In this document: positions 29,927 through 39,699 of the stretch, piece after piece
Numbering within the stretch: position 1 is the first letter of the stretch
Layout of the letters: each line of letters opens with the position of its first letter
Assembly: GCA_963758295.1 (NCBI GenBank)
Contig: CAVWUU010000002.1
Span: 160,001-224,000 of the forward strand
DNA: 64,000 nt
DNA from: Candidatus Eremiobacteria bacterium
GTDB taxonomy: Bacteria > Vulcanimicrobiota > Vulcanimicrobiia > Vulcanimicrobiales > Vulcanimicrobiaceae
Direction: 5' to 3'
Translations under genes and position numbers: made by a program
Notes under the pieces: model-generated
What the model saw: only the letters and a program-made list of their open reading frames with translations
Databases searched by the model: none
Told to the model about the DNA's origin: nothing

Positions 29927-30582
29927 TGGAACACGTCGGCGAAGACGCAGCGCTGTACGCCTTAGGCGCGCTCGACGAAGAGGAACGCACGGGTGTCGAG
30001 CGTCATGCGGATGCGTGCGTCGCGTGCGCAAAACTGCTCGCGCAAGCGTGTGACGACGTCGCGGTCATGAGCGAGTCGGAAGCGCAGCTTCCCCTGCCTC
30101 GCGATCTCAGCGCAAGAATGGCAACGGCATTCGATCGCGGCGGCGCGGTGAGCCTGGTCAATCGCCCTCAGGGGCGACGGTGGCCCGCGGCGTTCGCGGC
30201 CGTAGCTGCGATCCTGGTGCTGGCCCTTGCACCCGCCGGCTACCTTTGGCAGCAGAATCTTTCGTTGCACGAAACGATGCTCGCGCAGTCGGCAGCGATG
30301 ACACGGATTGCCACGAGCCCGCACCGCGTTGCGACGTTCGCCTCGAACCCGGATGCGCGCGTGATGTACGGACGTGACGGAAGCTGGTACTGCATTATCG
30401 TGCGCGGCGCTTCCGCTCCCATACAGGTTGCGTGGAAACACGGAGCCGAGATGACGATGCTGGGAACAGCGATGCCGCACGGTGACACGGCGATGCTCTA
30501 TCTGCCAAAGTCGCATCGAATGGATCAGTTAGCACTCATTGAAGAGTCGCGCGTTGTCGGACAAGCCCAGCTGCTCTTTTAA
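29923..30582 (+). CDS. Membrane anti-sigma factor with zinc-binding (ZAS) motif
   Basis: YALGAL, HADACVAC (HxxxCxxC), one TM; coupled to the ECF gene. Confidence 0.85.
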   Translation: MMEHVGEDAALYALGALDEEERTGVERHADACVACAKLLAQACDDVAVMSESEAQLPLPRDLSARMATAFDRGGAVSLVNRPQGRRWPAAFAAVAAILVLALAPAGYLWQQNLSLHETMLAQSAAMTRIATSPHRVATFASNPDARVMYGRDGSWYCIIVRGASAPIQVAWKHGAEMTMLGTAMPHGDTAMLYLPKSHRMDQLALIEESRVVGQAQLLF

Positions 30583-30639
30583 GCAAGGGAGCGCCCGCCA
30601 AAGGGGTAGCAGACCGCTGTCTCGCCGAAGGCACTAAGC

Positions 30640-32031
30640 ATGTGGGCGCCTCTTATTTTGGGTCTCCTTGCAGCTGCTAATCCGCAGCCGCAGGCCTCCC
30701 TGCCTCCGCCGCACGTCTTCTCGGCGGCGATGGCGCGCGAGATAGACGACGTGGGCAGCCGCGCAATCGCCCAAGGACGCAGCCCCGGGATGTCCATTGC
30801 CGTCGTCGAAGACGGCCGCACGGTTTACGCCCGAGGCTTCGGTGAGGCTCAGCTCAAGTCACGCGTGCGGTTCGCGCCCGACACGCAATCGTATATCGGC
30901 GGCGTCAGCGAGTCGTTCACGGCCGCGGCACTTCTTCTCTTGCAACAAGACGGCAAGATCAAGCTCGACGATCGCGTCACGAAGTACGTTCCGGAATTGA
31001 CCGTCGCGCGAACAGCCACGATCTCGCAACTCGTTTCGCAGACATCGGGACTTCCCGATTGCGTGCATATGGCGGGCTTCCCCGATCAGACGCACACGAT
31101 GAAGATCGACGATCTGATTGTTGCCATGAATAAGCTCAAACCGCAAACCACGCCCGGAGAAGTCTTTCAGCGCAATATTTGCAACGCTCTGATCGCCGCC
31201 ACGATTGTGGAGCGCGTCGCGAACGTTCCGCTCTCCGATTATCTGCAGCAGCATATCTTCATGCCGCTCGTGATGAATGAGACGTTCAATGCGGGCGACA
31301 TCGGCATCGCGCCCGGCTACGCGTACGGCTACACGGGGCGGCCCGGGCAATTCGCGCCGGCGCATCCGTGGGATCCGGCGTGGCTCGCCGGTAACGGCAT
31401 CGTTACAAACGCCTACGATATCGCGAAGTGGGACATCGGCCTGCCGCTATTGCTGCGTGTCGATGCCATGCGCGATATGTTTACGCCGGCAGCGGCTAGC
31501 GGGGACGAAAAACACGGCCTCGGCTGGGTGATCGATCAACGCGACGGACGTCGCTACGTGTGGCAGAACGGCGAGATTCCGGGCTATCACGCAATGAATG
31601 CGCTGTTACCCGACGATCACATCGCCGTGATCGTCCTTGCGAATACCGACAGTTATCGTAGCCGCGGCGTCATTGCACCGGAAGCGATCGCAGCGCAAGT
31701 TCTTGACGTCGTACTGCCGCCGGGTTCCACGCATATGGAAAACGCCGTTATCGAACGCGCAAAAGAGTGGCTGGCGCGTCTGGCGACGCATCAAATCGAC
31801 CGGACTCAGCTTACCGCCGCGTTCAGTTCGTACTTGACCGATGCACTAGTGGAAAAAGAAAACTTTGCTTCGCTTGGGAAGCCCCAAACGTTCGTACCTA
31901 TTTCGAGCAGCGCCGGAGCAAACGGCGATACCGTATACGAATTTCTCGTGCGATTTGCGCACGCGCAGTACCACTATCGTTTCGTACTGACGAAAGATGG
32001 AAAAATCGACGGACTCGCGCTCGTCCCGTAG
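30640..32031 (+). CDS. Secreted beta-lactamase-family protein with degenerate active site
   Basis: Aligns by eye with 1294-2637, but SxxK reads GVSE and YxN reads RNI. Confidence 0.8.
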   Translation: MWAPLILGLLAAANPQPQASLPPPHVFSAAMAREIDDVGSRAIAQGRSPGMSIAVVEDGRTVYARGFGEAQLKSRVRFAPDTQSYIGGVSESFTAAALLLLQQDGKIKLDDRVTKYVPELTVARTATISQLVSQTSGLPDCVHMAGFPDQTHTMKIDDLIVAMNKLKPQTTPGEVFQRNICNALIAATIVERVANVPLSDYLQQHIFMPLVMNETFNAGDIGIAPGYAYGYTGRPGQFAPAHPWDPAWLAGNGIVTNAYDIAKWDIGLPLLLRVDAMRDMFTPAAASGDEKHGLGWVIDQRDGRRYVWQNGEIPGYHAMNALLPDDHIAVIVLANTDSYRSRGVIAPEAIAAQVLDVVLPPGSTHMENAVIERAKEWLARLATHQIDRTQLTAAFSSYLTDALVEKENFASLGKPQTFVPISSSAGANGDTVYEFLVRFAHAQYHYRFVLTKDGKIDGLALVP

Positions 32032-32046
32032 GAGGGAACGAGTCGC

Positions 32047-32322
32047 TTAGTCGTCGCCGTCCGAGATACGGCGGCCCGTCGCCTCAACCACCTTGCCGAG
32101 CATCGTTACGGCTTCTGCGCGCGTTGCGTTGCTGAACATGTAACGCAAACGTTCGTCCGCGTCTTCAACGATCAGCACGGCGCGGCGTCCCGCACGAACC
32201 GCGGCGACGAGCGACGTAAGATACGCTTCGTCTTCCGGGGCCAAGATGTTCGAATCGGCCGTTTCGACCGGGGCTTCGAGCAGACGCTTCAGCACTGCAT
32301 CGATGTCGCTAGGAATCTCCAC
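32047..32322 (-). CDS. Hypothetical protein
   Basis: GGAGG RBS before GTG; fills the gap. Confidence 0.6.
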   Translation of the reverse strand: MEIPSDIDAVLKRLLEAPVETADSNILAPEDEAYLTSLVAAVRAGRRAVLIVEDADERLRYMFSNATRAEAVTMLGKVVEATGRRISDGDD

Positions 32323-32386
32323 TGTACCTCCATGGACAATGCGCCGAGGTGCTTAAAAGCAACGCGCCGTTTTGCCTGTGATACAT

Positions 32387-32944
32387 CTATCGGCTAATTC
32401 CCGGCACAAGTTCACTCCTCGGACCGCGCAACCAAAGCAAAGCAATCAACGTCTTGGCGTCGTCGATTTGGCCAGTACCCACAAGGCTTTGCGCCTCGTC
32501 GAGCGTGAAGGAGCCAACCGTTATCCGCTCGTCTTCGTCGAGATCTTGCTCGCCGCCGGTGAGTGCGGAAGCATGGAAAAAGTGCAACGTCTCCGTGCAG
32601 AAACCGGGCGTCATCAGCATCGATCCAAGCGGGCGAATGGAGGCTGCGGTAAAGCCCGTTTCTTCGCGCAGCTCGCGAAGAGCGCCGGCCTCGTGCTCCT
32701 CGTTCGGCTCGGAAGACCCAGCCGGAATTTCCCACAGTTCGCGTCCCGCCGCGTGCCTGTATTGCCGGACGAGGACGATGCGGTCGTCGGCGGTCGTTGC
32801 GACGATCGCATAGGAGCCCGGATGGTCGACGATGTCCAGGGCATGCGTTTTACCGTCGGGATAGCGCACGTCGTCCGTACGCACCGAAAAGACGCGGCCA
32901 CGGTAGATCGCGCGCGACGAAACGACTTCGGGAATTTCGCTCAT
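32387..32944 (-). CDS. nudF: NUDIX hydrolase, ADP-ribose pyrophosphatase-like
   Basis: QYR, EIPAG...ALRELREETG Nudix box, TPG, DAKT. Confidence 0.85.
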   Translation of the reverse strand: MSEIPEVVSSRAIYRGRVFSVRTDDVRYPDGKTHALDIVDHPGSYAIVATTADDRIVLVRQYRHAAGRELWEIPAGSSEPNEEHEAGALRELREETGFTAASIRPLGSMLMTPGFCTETLHFFHASALTGGEQDLDEDERITVGSFTLDEAQSLVGTGQIDDAKTLIALLWLRGPRSELVPGISR

Positions 32945-32992
32945 GCCGTCTTCTTAACGGAATAGCGCTTCCGCGCCTCGTACCATACCGGC

Positions 32993-33190
32993 GTGCAACG
33001 CTCATCTGTGCTTGTCGAACTCGGCTGGCTCGCATATTTCTTTGTGCTCTTTGTGGTGCTGGTCTATGTCTTCAATATTTTCGTCGTCCCGCACCACTTC
33101 AACGATAAAGTCGCCGCAGTGCTCGCCGGAATCATCGCCGCCGTCGCCATGATTTTTACGCGCGCCTGGTACTCGCGGCGTACGCGTTAG
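32993..33190 (+). CDS. Small 2-TM hypothetical protein
   Basis: Two hydrophobic helices; ends 3 bp before the TrmH gene. Confidence 0.55.
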   Translation: MQRSSVLVELGWLAYFFVLFVVLVYVFNIFVVPHHFNDKVAAVLAGIIAAVAMIFTRAWYSRRTR

Positions 33191-33193
33191 CGC

Positions 33194-33974
33194 GTGCCGA
33201 TAAGAGCCGGCGCGCACGCCGACCGGGTGCAACGAGCGCGCGAATTGCTGACCAATAAAGGGCGGCGCGACCAAGCCCGTTTTGCCTTCGAAGGCCCTAC
33301 GCTGCTGAGCGAAGCGATCGCGAGCCGAGTCGACATCGAAGAAATCTTTGCAACGGAAACCGCGTACGAAGGCAATGCGGACCTAGTAGAACTCGAGCGA
33401 CGCGGCGTGCAAATCGCGATCGTCGACGACCGAACGGCGCGCAAGCTCTCGGATCTGGATACGCCGACCGGGCTGGTCGCCGTCGCACCGGTCCGCTTCG
33501 AGGCTCTCGCCGTTATTTTGGCTTCGCCGTTGAGCTTGGTTCTCGCGGATCTCAACGACCCCGGAAATGCCGGGACGCTCCTACGCTCCGCCGAGGCGTT
33601 CGGCGCCGGTGGCGCGATTTTCGGCCGTTTCGGCGTTGACCCATACCACCCGAAGGTTGTCCGGGGCGCCATGGGCGCAATCTTCCGGCTCCGGATCTGC
33701 GTAGCGGTCCCCGAGGCGGTTGCCGCCGCTGCAGGGGAGGCCGGCACGGGCCTTTACGGACTGACGGCGCAGGGAAGACCCCTCGTGGATATCCATATTA
33801 GGAATCCGGCCGCCGTCGTCGTCGGACACGAGCGTCACGGTCTGGGCACCTGGGATGAAATCTGCGCGCCAGCGCATCGCCATCCCCATGCTCGGGCCCA
33901 CCGAAAGCCTCAATGCGGCAGTGGCCGGATCTATCGCCCTGTACGAGGCCTCCCGCATGGTTCGAAGCGACTAA
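33194..33974 (+). CDS. TrmH/SpoU family RNA methyltransferase (apparent +1 frameshift near 33869)
   Basis: DPGNAGTLLRSA, VGHERHGL; shifted frame continues IPMLGPTESLNAAVAGSIALYE to TAA at 33974. Confidence 0.88.
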
Positions 33975-34069
33975 CCGGCCGCAAATATCGGAGAAAAACC
34001 CTCTTTTTGAGGGATGTCAAGAGAGTATTCCGCGCCAAAAAGTCAAGACTACCGGCTCGAAAAGTCGCA

Positions 34070-34078
34070 TGGTAAAAT
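34070..34078 (+). promoter_or_regulatory. Extended -10 element upstream of the yqzL-like ORF and pheST
   Basis: TGG-TAAAAT; upstream GTCAAGA and AAAAGTC direct repeats. Confidence 0.45.
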
Positions 34079-34136
34079 TGCGTCAGTCTAAAGGCGCGAG
34101 CCGGAAATCGACGGCTAGAAGGAGACCTAAGCAAGC

Positions 34137-34238
34137 ATGGCAACCTCCGACCTCTTCTGGAAACTTTTCGCCCAAACGGGCTCCATCAGTGCCTACATTG
34201 CGTATCGAACGGTCAATCCGTCGCCAAGCCGAACCTGA
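34137..34238 (+). CDS. YqzL-like small protein (33 aa)
   Basis: MATSDLFWKLFAQTGSISAYIAYRTVNPSPSRT has the W..F..TG.I..Y..Y pattern; AAGGAG upstream; below the ORF-track cutoff. Confidence 0.75.
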   Translation: MATSDLFWKLFAQTGSISAYIAYRTVNPSPSRT

Positions 34239-34267
34239 CCCTCTCGAAGAAGTCAGAGACCAATCAC

Positions 34268-34308
34268 GAAGCGCCCGGTATAGTAGAAACTCCGGGCGCT
34301 TTGCTTTT
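34268..34308 (+). terminator. Terminator-like hairpin directly upstream of pheS
   Basis: AAGCGCCCGG/CCGGGCGCTT followed by TGCTTTT. Confidence 0.65.
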
Positions 34309-34322
34309 GCCCTTTTGTGAAG

Positions 34323-35357
34323 ATGAGCGAATTAGGCACCAAACTCGACGACCTCTACGGCCGCTTCTCGGCCGATCTCGAAACCGCGAGCGACGAACGC
34401 GCGCTCGACTCGGTGCGCGTTAGCTTCTTGGGACGCAGCGGCGAGGTGACGAACTTGCGCCGCGGCATCGGTCAACTGCCGGCTGCGGAACGTCCCGGCG
34501 CGGGAAAAGTTATCAACGAAGCGGTGCAGCGTATGGAGAACGCGTTGGAAGACGCGACCTCCGCGCTTGAGATGCGCGCTTTTGAAACGGAGCTTGCCGA
34601 GAAGATCGACGTGACGTTCCCTTCGATCCCCCCGGAGACCGGCACTATTCATCCGGTCCGCCGCGTGTTGCGCGATGCCTGCGCCTACTTCGAGCGCCAC
34701 GGGTTCGCGGTCGTGCTGGGGCCGGAAATTGAACCGGACACGTATGCATTCGATGCGTTGAACATCCCGGCGAGCCACCCGGCACGCGAGGGGTTTGATT
34801 CGTTCTGGATCAATGACACGCTGCTGCTTCGTCCGCATACGTCGCCGATGCAAGTACGCACGATGCAGGCGCACAAGCCGCCGATCGCGGTCGTCGCCCC
34901 GGGCAAATGTTACCGCCGCGACGCGGTGGACGCGCGCCATCTTTTTCAGTTCAACCAGATCGAAGGGTTGCTGGTTGCCGAAGGCATCCACTTCGGCCAT
35001 CTAAAGGGCATGCTTACCGGACTTTGCCGCGAGCTTTTCGGAGCCGACCAGCGGGTGCGTTTCCGTCCGTCGTTCTTCCCGTTCACCGAACCCAGCGCCG
35101 AAGTCGATACGACTTGTCCAAAATGTAAAGCCCAATCGACAAGCTGCAACATGTGCGGCGGATCGGGCTGGATCGAACTCGGCGGCGCCGGCATGGTTCA
35201 TCCGAACGTGTTATCAGAAGCCGGTTATGACCCCGAAGTGTATACGGGCTGGGCGTTCGGCTTCGGAATCGAGCGGCTGGGCCTCACGCGTTACGACATC
35301 GACGATATTCGCCGGTTCGTGGATAGCGATCTCGATTTTCTCCAACAACTCGCCTAA
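34323..35357 (+). CDS. pheS: Phenylalanine--tRNA ligase alpha subunit
   Basis: FDALN, HPAR, RPHTSPMQ, FNQIEG, FRPSFFPFTEPSAE, GFGIER; CxxC...CxxC insert. Confidence 0.97.
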   Translation: MSELGTKLDDLYGRFSADLETASDERALDSVRVSFLGRSGEVTNLRRGIGQLPAAERPGAGKVINEAVQRMENALEDATSALEMRAFETELAEKIDVTFPSIPPETGTIHPVRRVLRDACAYFERHGFAVVLGPEIEPDTYAFDALNIPASHPAREGFDSFWINDTLLLRPHTSPMQVRTMQAHKPPIAVVAPGKCYRRDAVDARHLFQFNQIEGLLVAEGIHFGHLKGMLTGLCRELFGADQRVRFRPSFFPFTEPSAEVDTTCPKCKAQSTSCNMCGGSGWIELGGAGMVHPNVLSEAGYDPEVYTGWAFGFGIERLGLTRYDIDDIRRFVDSDLDFLQQLA

Positions 35358-35381
35358 CGAAAGCGACTCCGTTTAAATCTC

Positions 35382-37750
35382 ATGCGCGTTCCGATTAGTT
35401 GGCTGCGTGAATACGTCGACTTGCCCGCCGAGTCCCAGACCATTGCCGATCGTTTGGCTTCGCTCGGATTTCCGGTCGAGTCCATCGACTCACGCCCGCA
35501 TATCAGCGGCGTCGTCGTTGGAAAAATCACGTCGATGGAAAAGCATCCGAATGCCGACCGGCTGCAGGTTTGCACCGTCGACGTAGGCGCCAACGAGCCC
35601 CTTACAATTGCCACGGCCGCTACGAACGTTGCCGTAGGCCAGGTCATTCCCGTCGCGGTGATCGGCGCGCAACTGCCACACATTAAAATCGAACGGCGCA
35701 AAATGCGCGGTGTTGAGTCGCAAGGCATGATGTGTTCGGCCGACGAGCTTGCGCTTACCCCGGAGTGGTTCGAAGACGGCATTATGCAGCTCGACGCGGA
35801 TACGCCGCTCGGCGCCGACGTCGTTCAGCTTTTCGGTTTGGGCGACGACGTGCTCGAAGTGGAAGTAACGAGCAACCGTGTCGACGCGATGGCGGTTCTC
35901 GGCCTCGCGCGCGAACTCGCCGCGTCATTCGAAACGCCTTTGCGTTTGCCGTCGTTCGAAAATCCCGGTCGCGATGAAGACCCGCCGAATGCAGCGCCTC
36001 GCGTTACGATAGAAACGCCGGCTTGCACGCGATTCGTCGCGCAGCTTTTCGATGGCGTCACCGTCGCACCCGCGCCGGCTTGGATGCGCATTCGCCTTGC
36101 CTTGGCGGGTCAACGTCCGATCAATAGTCTCGTCGACATTTCGAACTACGTGATGTTCGAGGTCGGCGAACCGCTGCATTTCTACGATGCCGACCGCGTT
36201 ACGAACCACCATCTGATCGTGCGCGACGCGCGTGCAAACGAGACGTTGACCACGCTTGATGGTGAAAAGCACGAGTTGCAGCCACAGTTCGTGACGATCG
36301 CCGACGAACGTGAAGCGCTGGGACTGGCGGGACTTATGGGCGGCGCGAGCAGCGAAGTCCGCGACGCGACGACCGCCATAATTCTCGAGGCGGCGAACTT
36401 TGAAGGCGCACGCATCCGCCGCGCCAGCATGCATCTGGCTTTCCGGACGGAAGCTTCGTCGCGTCACGAAAAGAATCTCGCGCCGGCGCTCAGCGACATG
36501 GCCGCTGCCCGCGCAGCGCAGCTGCTTGTGCAAATCGGCGCTCATGCCTATAGGCCGCATGAGTTCGGCGCTGCGCTCGCCCCGCAATCACCGATCGTGC
36601 TGCGCGTGCGAGACGTGGAACGCCTTTTGGGCCTTTCACTTGAGCCTCGGCGCATTGCCTCGCATTTGGAACGGCTCGGGTGCAGCGTCCGTATCGACGG
36701 CACAGAGATGGCCGTAACGCCGCCCGCATGGCGCCGGGATCTAACCATCGCTGCCGACCTCGTGGAAGAGGTGGCCCGAGTCGAAGGCTACGACAACATC
36801 GAGCCCGTGGAACCGGCGGTTCCGGCGCACGACATCAAAAGCGCGGAGTACGCGCTCGAAAATAACGGTCGCGGATACGCTGGCAGAGTTTGCGTTATAA
36901 CGAAGTGCTCACCTACTCGCTTCACGGCGCACAACTCTTCGAGAAGATCAAGCGTGGCGGCGTTACGCCCAGCCACGGATCGGTCGAAGTACGCAATCCG
37001 CTCTCGGAAGATCAGCGTTACTTGCGTTATGCGCTCGGACCGAGTTTGATCGAATACTTCGAGCGTGCCGGCCGCCCGTGCCGCGTATTTGAAATCGGTC
37101 ACGTGTTCTACAACGAAAACGGGCATATCGCCGAAACGCCGATGCTGACCTTCGGGTTCACTGCAGAACAGCCGGCCGGCGATGCGGCGTGGCACGACAC
37201 GAATTTCCTGCGCCTGAAAGGCGACTGTGAAACGCTGATCCGCCTCGTGTGCGGAATCGAAGTGAAAGCCGTGCCGGACACGCGCGCAGGCTTACATCCG
37301 GGAAAAACGGCAGTGCTTCTGCATGAGGGCCGGGAAATTGCGGCGCTCGGTAAAGTCGATCCGCGAATTGCGAAGTCGTTCGGCGTTGGCTTCCCGGCGT
37401 ATCTTTGCAACATCTACTTGGATAAATTTTGCGAATATAGAACGCCGGGATACAATCCGCCCTCGAAGTATCCCTCAACGTACCGCGACCTGGCCATGGT
37501 CGTCTCGCTCGACGTGACGGCTGAAAAGGTTTCCTCCATCGTTCAACACGCCGTCGGCGATCTTTGCCGAAGCGTGCGCGTCTTCGACGAGTATCGCGGG
37601 CCGCAAATCGGCGAAGACCGGAAGAGCCTTGCCGTTCGCATCGTGATGCAGCGCTTCGACGCTACGATCACCGACGCGGAGGCCGACGAGGCAATCGCGC
37701 GCGCTCTCTCGGAGCTACGCGCAGATGCCGGGGCGACGATTCGCGAATGA
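35382..37750 (+). CDS. pheT: Phenylalanine--tRNA ligase beta subunit (apparent frameshifts at about 36864 and 36889)
   Basis: HPNADRL, RGVESQGMMCS, DLVEEVAR in frame 1; NPLS, FEIG, RDLA, KSLA in the second ORF. Confidence 0.93.
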
Positions 37751-38286
37751 GCGGCATCGCGTGGCCGGACATTCTCATCGCGGTGGTGCTGCTCATTGCC
37801 GCCTATAAAGGCTTCACGCGCGGTTTCGTCTCGGAGTTAGCGGGCGCCGTTGCCGTGGTAGCGGCGCTGATTACGCCTTGGTACTATAACGGCGTCTTCG
37901 ATGCGTGGCTGGAAAGCTCCATTCACGTTGGTCCGGGATCCGCGCACGTCATCGGCATGTTTCTTACCGGCTTCATCACCTACGCCATCGTGCTTGCAGC
38001 GTCTTGGGTGTTGAACCGGTTCGCAAAATTGCCGCTCATCAACATCGGCAATTCCCTCGGCGGCGCGATCGTCGGGTTCTTCAAAGGCGCGGTGCTGCTT
38101 TGGCTTGTGCTCTTCGTCGCCTTGTATTTTCCGCTTTCGCCCGACATTCGCAACGATCTGCACCGTTCTTATCTGGCCGGCCCGCTGGTCGCGCCCGACG
38201 CCAACATCGATCGCGCGATTCTCACGACGATTCCATGGTTCGCGCGCCCTTTCTTGAACCCGTATTTTCACCGGCACCACGTGTAA
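37747..38286 (+). CDS. CvpA family membrane protein
   Basis: D...G..RGF..E and N..GG..G..KG patterns; ATGA overlap with pheT. Confidence 0.82.
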   Translation: MSGIAWPDILIAVVLLIAAYKGFTRGFVSELAGAVAVVAALITPWYYNGVFDAWLESSIHVGPGSAHVIGMFLTGFITYAIVLAASWVLNRFAKLPLINIGNSLGGAIVGFFKGAVLLWLVLFVALYFPLSPDIRNDLHRSYLAGPLVAPDANIDRAILTTIPWFARPFLNPYFHRHHV

Positions 38287-38322
38287 GCGACGATCCCGAA
38301 GCCAATCGAGCTGCGGCGCCGG

Positions 38323-39065
38323 CTACTTGAACCATAGAAAGAGCCCGGCTACCGCCACGAGGCCGATCAACGTTGGACGCAGTACCGCGTGCAATCTCGG
38401 GCTGTTCAATTTCGCAAGAAGATGCGCACCGGCGTAAGCGCCGGCAGCGCTTCCCACCGCTAGTTCCACCGCAAGTTTCCAGTCGACGTCACCCGCGGCT
38501 GCATGCGTTATCGCGCCCGCCACGGCGATGCTCGTGAGTGCGAAGATCGAAGTGCCGATCACGCGCACGGATCGAGCCCAAGCGAAACAAGTCCGGTGAC
38601 GATCGGCGGCGAGCCGCTGATCCCGAATGCGCCGCTCGTTAAACCTCCGAGCAAACCGTAGCCGATACCCGTTGCTCGTTCGTGACGAATTCCTGCCGAC
38701 GGCCGCCGTTTACGAAACATGGCAATTGCCATTTGCACTCCTAGCAGCCCAAGAAACGCACTCAACAATTTCGTGGCAACCGCATTTTCGACGTAGCGAA
38801 TCGCAATAGTGCCGGCGATTGCGCCGAACGGTCCTGCAATCAACAGCGCCAGTCCTTTCGCAACGTCGATGTGCCCGTTTCGCCAGTGCCCGATGGAACC
38901 GAATATTGTTGTAGGAATCACCACCACCAGCGACGTTGCCGCCGCCACGCGTTCCGGGAGCGAAAACAACGCAACGAGCGCAACGACGAACAGCGCGCCG
39001 CCGCCCCCTCCGATCATCGACACTAACGTCCCAATGACGAAGCCGAGAAGAATCGCCGTGAGGAT
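38323..39065 (-). CDS. TSUP (TauE/SafE) family transporter (apparent frameshift near 38568; start unclear)
   Basis: G.GGG, AAATSL, G..SG.FGI.G, IGTS motifs split over two ORFs. Confidence 0.78.
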
Positions 39066-39069
39066 CGGC

Positions 39070-39699
39070 TTACCTGTTCGTTCCTGGCGCGCAATACGCG
39101 TTGGCCACGTGCAAGGCGCACCAATATTGCTTCGGGACCCCGTACTGGACCATATCGTCCGCGCCCAGTGCTCCGCCAACGCTGCGAATTAAACGCCAAC
39201 CGTGAGCGTTCCATCTGAACAGTGCCTGCCCGCCTCCGGCTCCGTACCAGTCCGCGAGCGCATACGGGCGAGCAACGGCGACATAAGGAACCAGTGGTCC
39301 TTGCATTTGCATTCGAATCGCATCTTGATCCGATATGAGCCCATTGCCGCTGCCGGCGTCGCGCGGGTCGCAATCGTTTGCCGATTTATCGGGCTGAGGC
39401 GCGGGCATTGCTTCCATTAACGCACGCCGGTCTTTAGGCGATGAAACATGAACGTCCAGACGACATCGGAAATCCAGCGACTCCAACGGTTGCCAGCCGA
39501 ACGCAAACTTCTCCAGCAGAATCGGCGCATGGGGCGGAGCTCCCTCGAGATAACCGCCACGAAATAGAACCGTCGCGAACTTTCCCCTTACGTTCACTCG
39601 GACTACATCGCGGGGTTTTGCAGCAACTGCCGCCATAGCCGCTTGTACCGGTGTTGCTGCATAAGACACGGTCGCGCCTAGCAGAAGCGCAGGCAACAC
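39070..39699 (-). CDS. Secreted hypothetical protein
   Basis: Signal-like N-terminus, 4 Cys; overlaps the upstream stop codon. Confidence 0.6.
   Translation of the reverse strand: MLPALLLGATVSYAATPVQAAMAAVAAKPRDVVRVNVRGKFATVLFRGGYLEGAPPHAPILLEKFAFGWQPLESLDFRCRLDVHVSSPKDRRALMEAMPAPQPDKSANDCDPRDAGSGNGLISDQDAIRMQMQGPLVPYVAVARPYALADWYGAGGGQALFRWNAHGWRLIRSVGGALGADDMVQYGVPKQYWCALHVANAYCAPGTNR

Noticed and set aside
34239..34322. T-box riboswitch upstream of pheS
   Set aside because: No GGTGGNACC T-box consensus found
36855..36895. Programmed ribosomal frameshift in pheT
   Set aside because: Would need two shifts with no clear slippery site; similar indels in three other genes favour assembly error
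38559..38561. TGA in the TSUP gene as a second Sec codon
   Set aside because: The protein continues in a different frame, so this is a frameshift, not read-through
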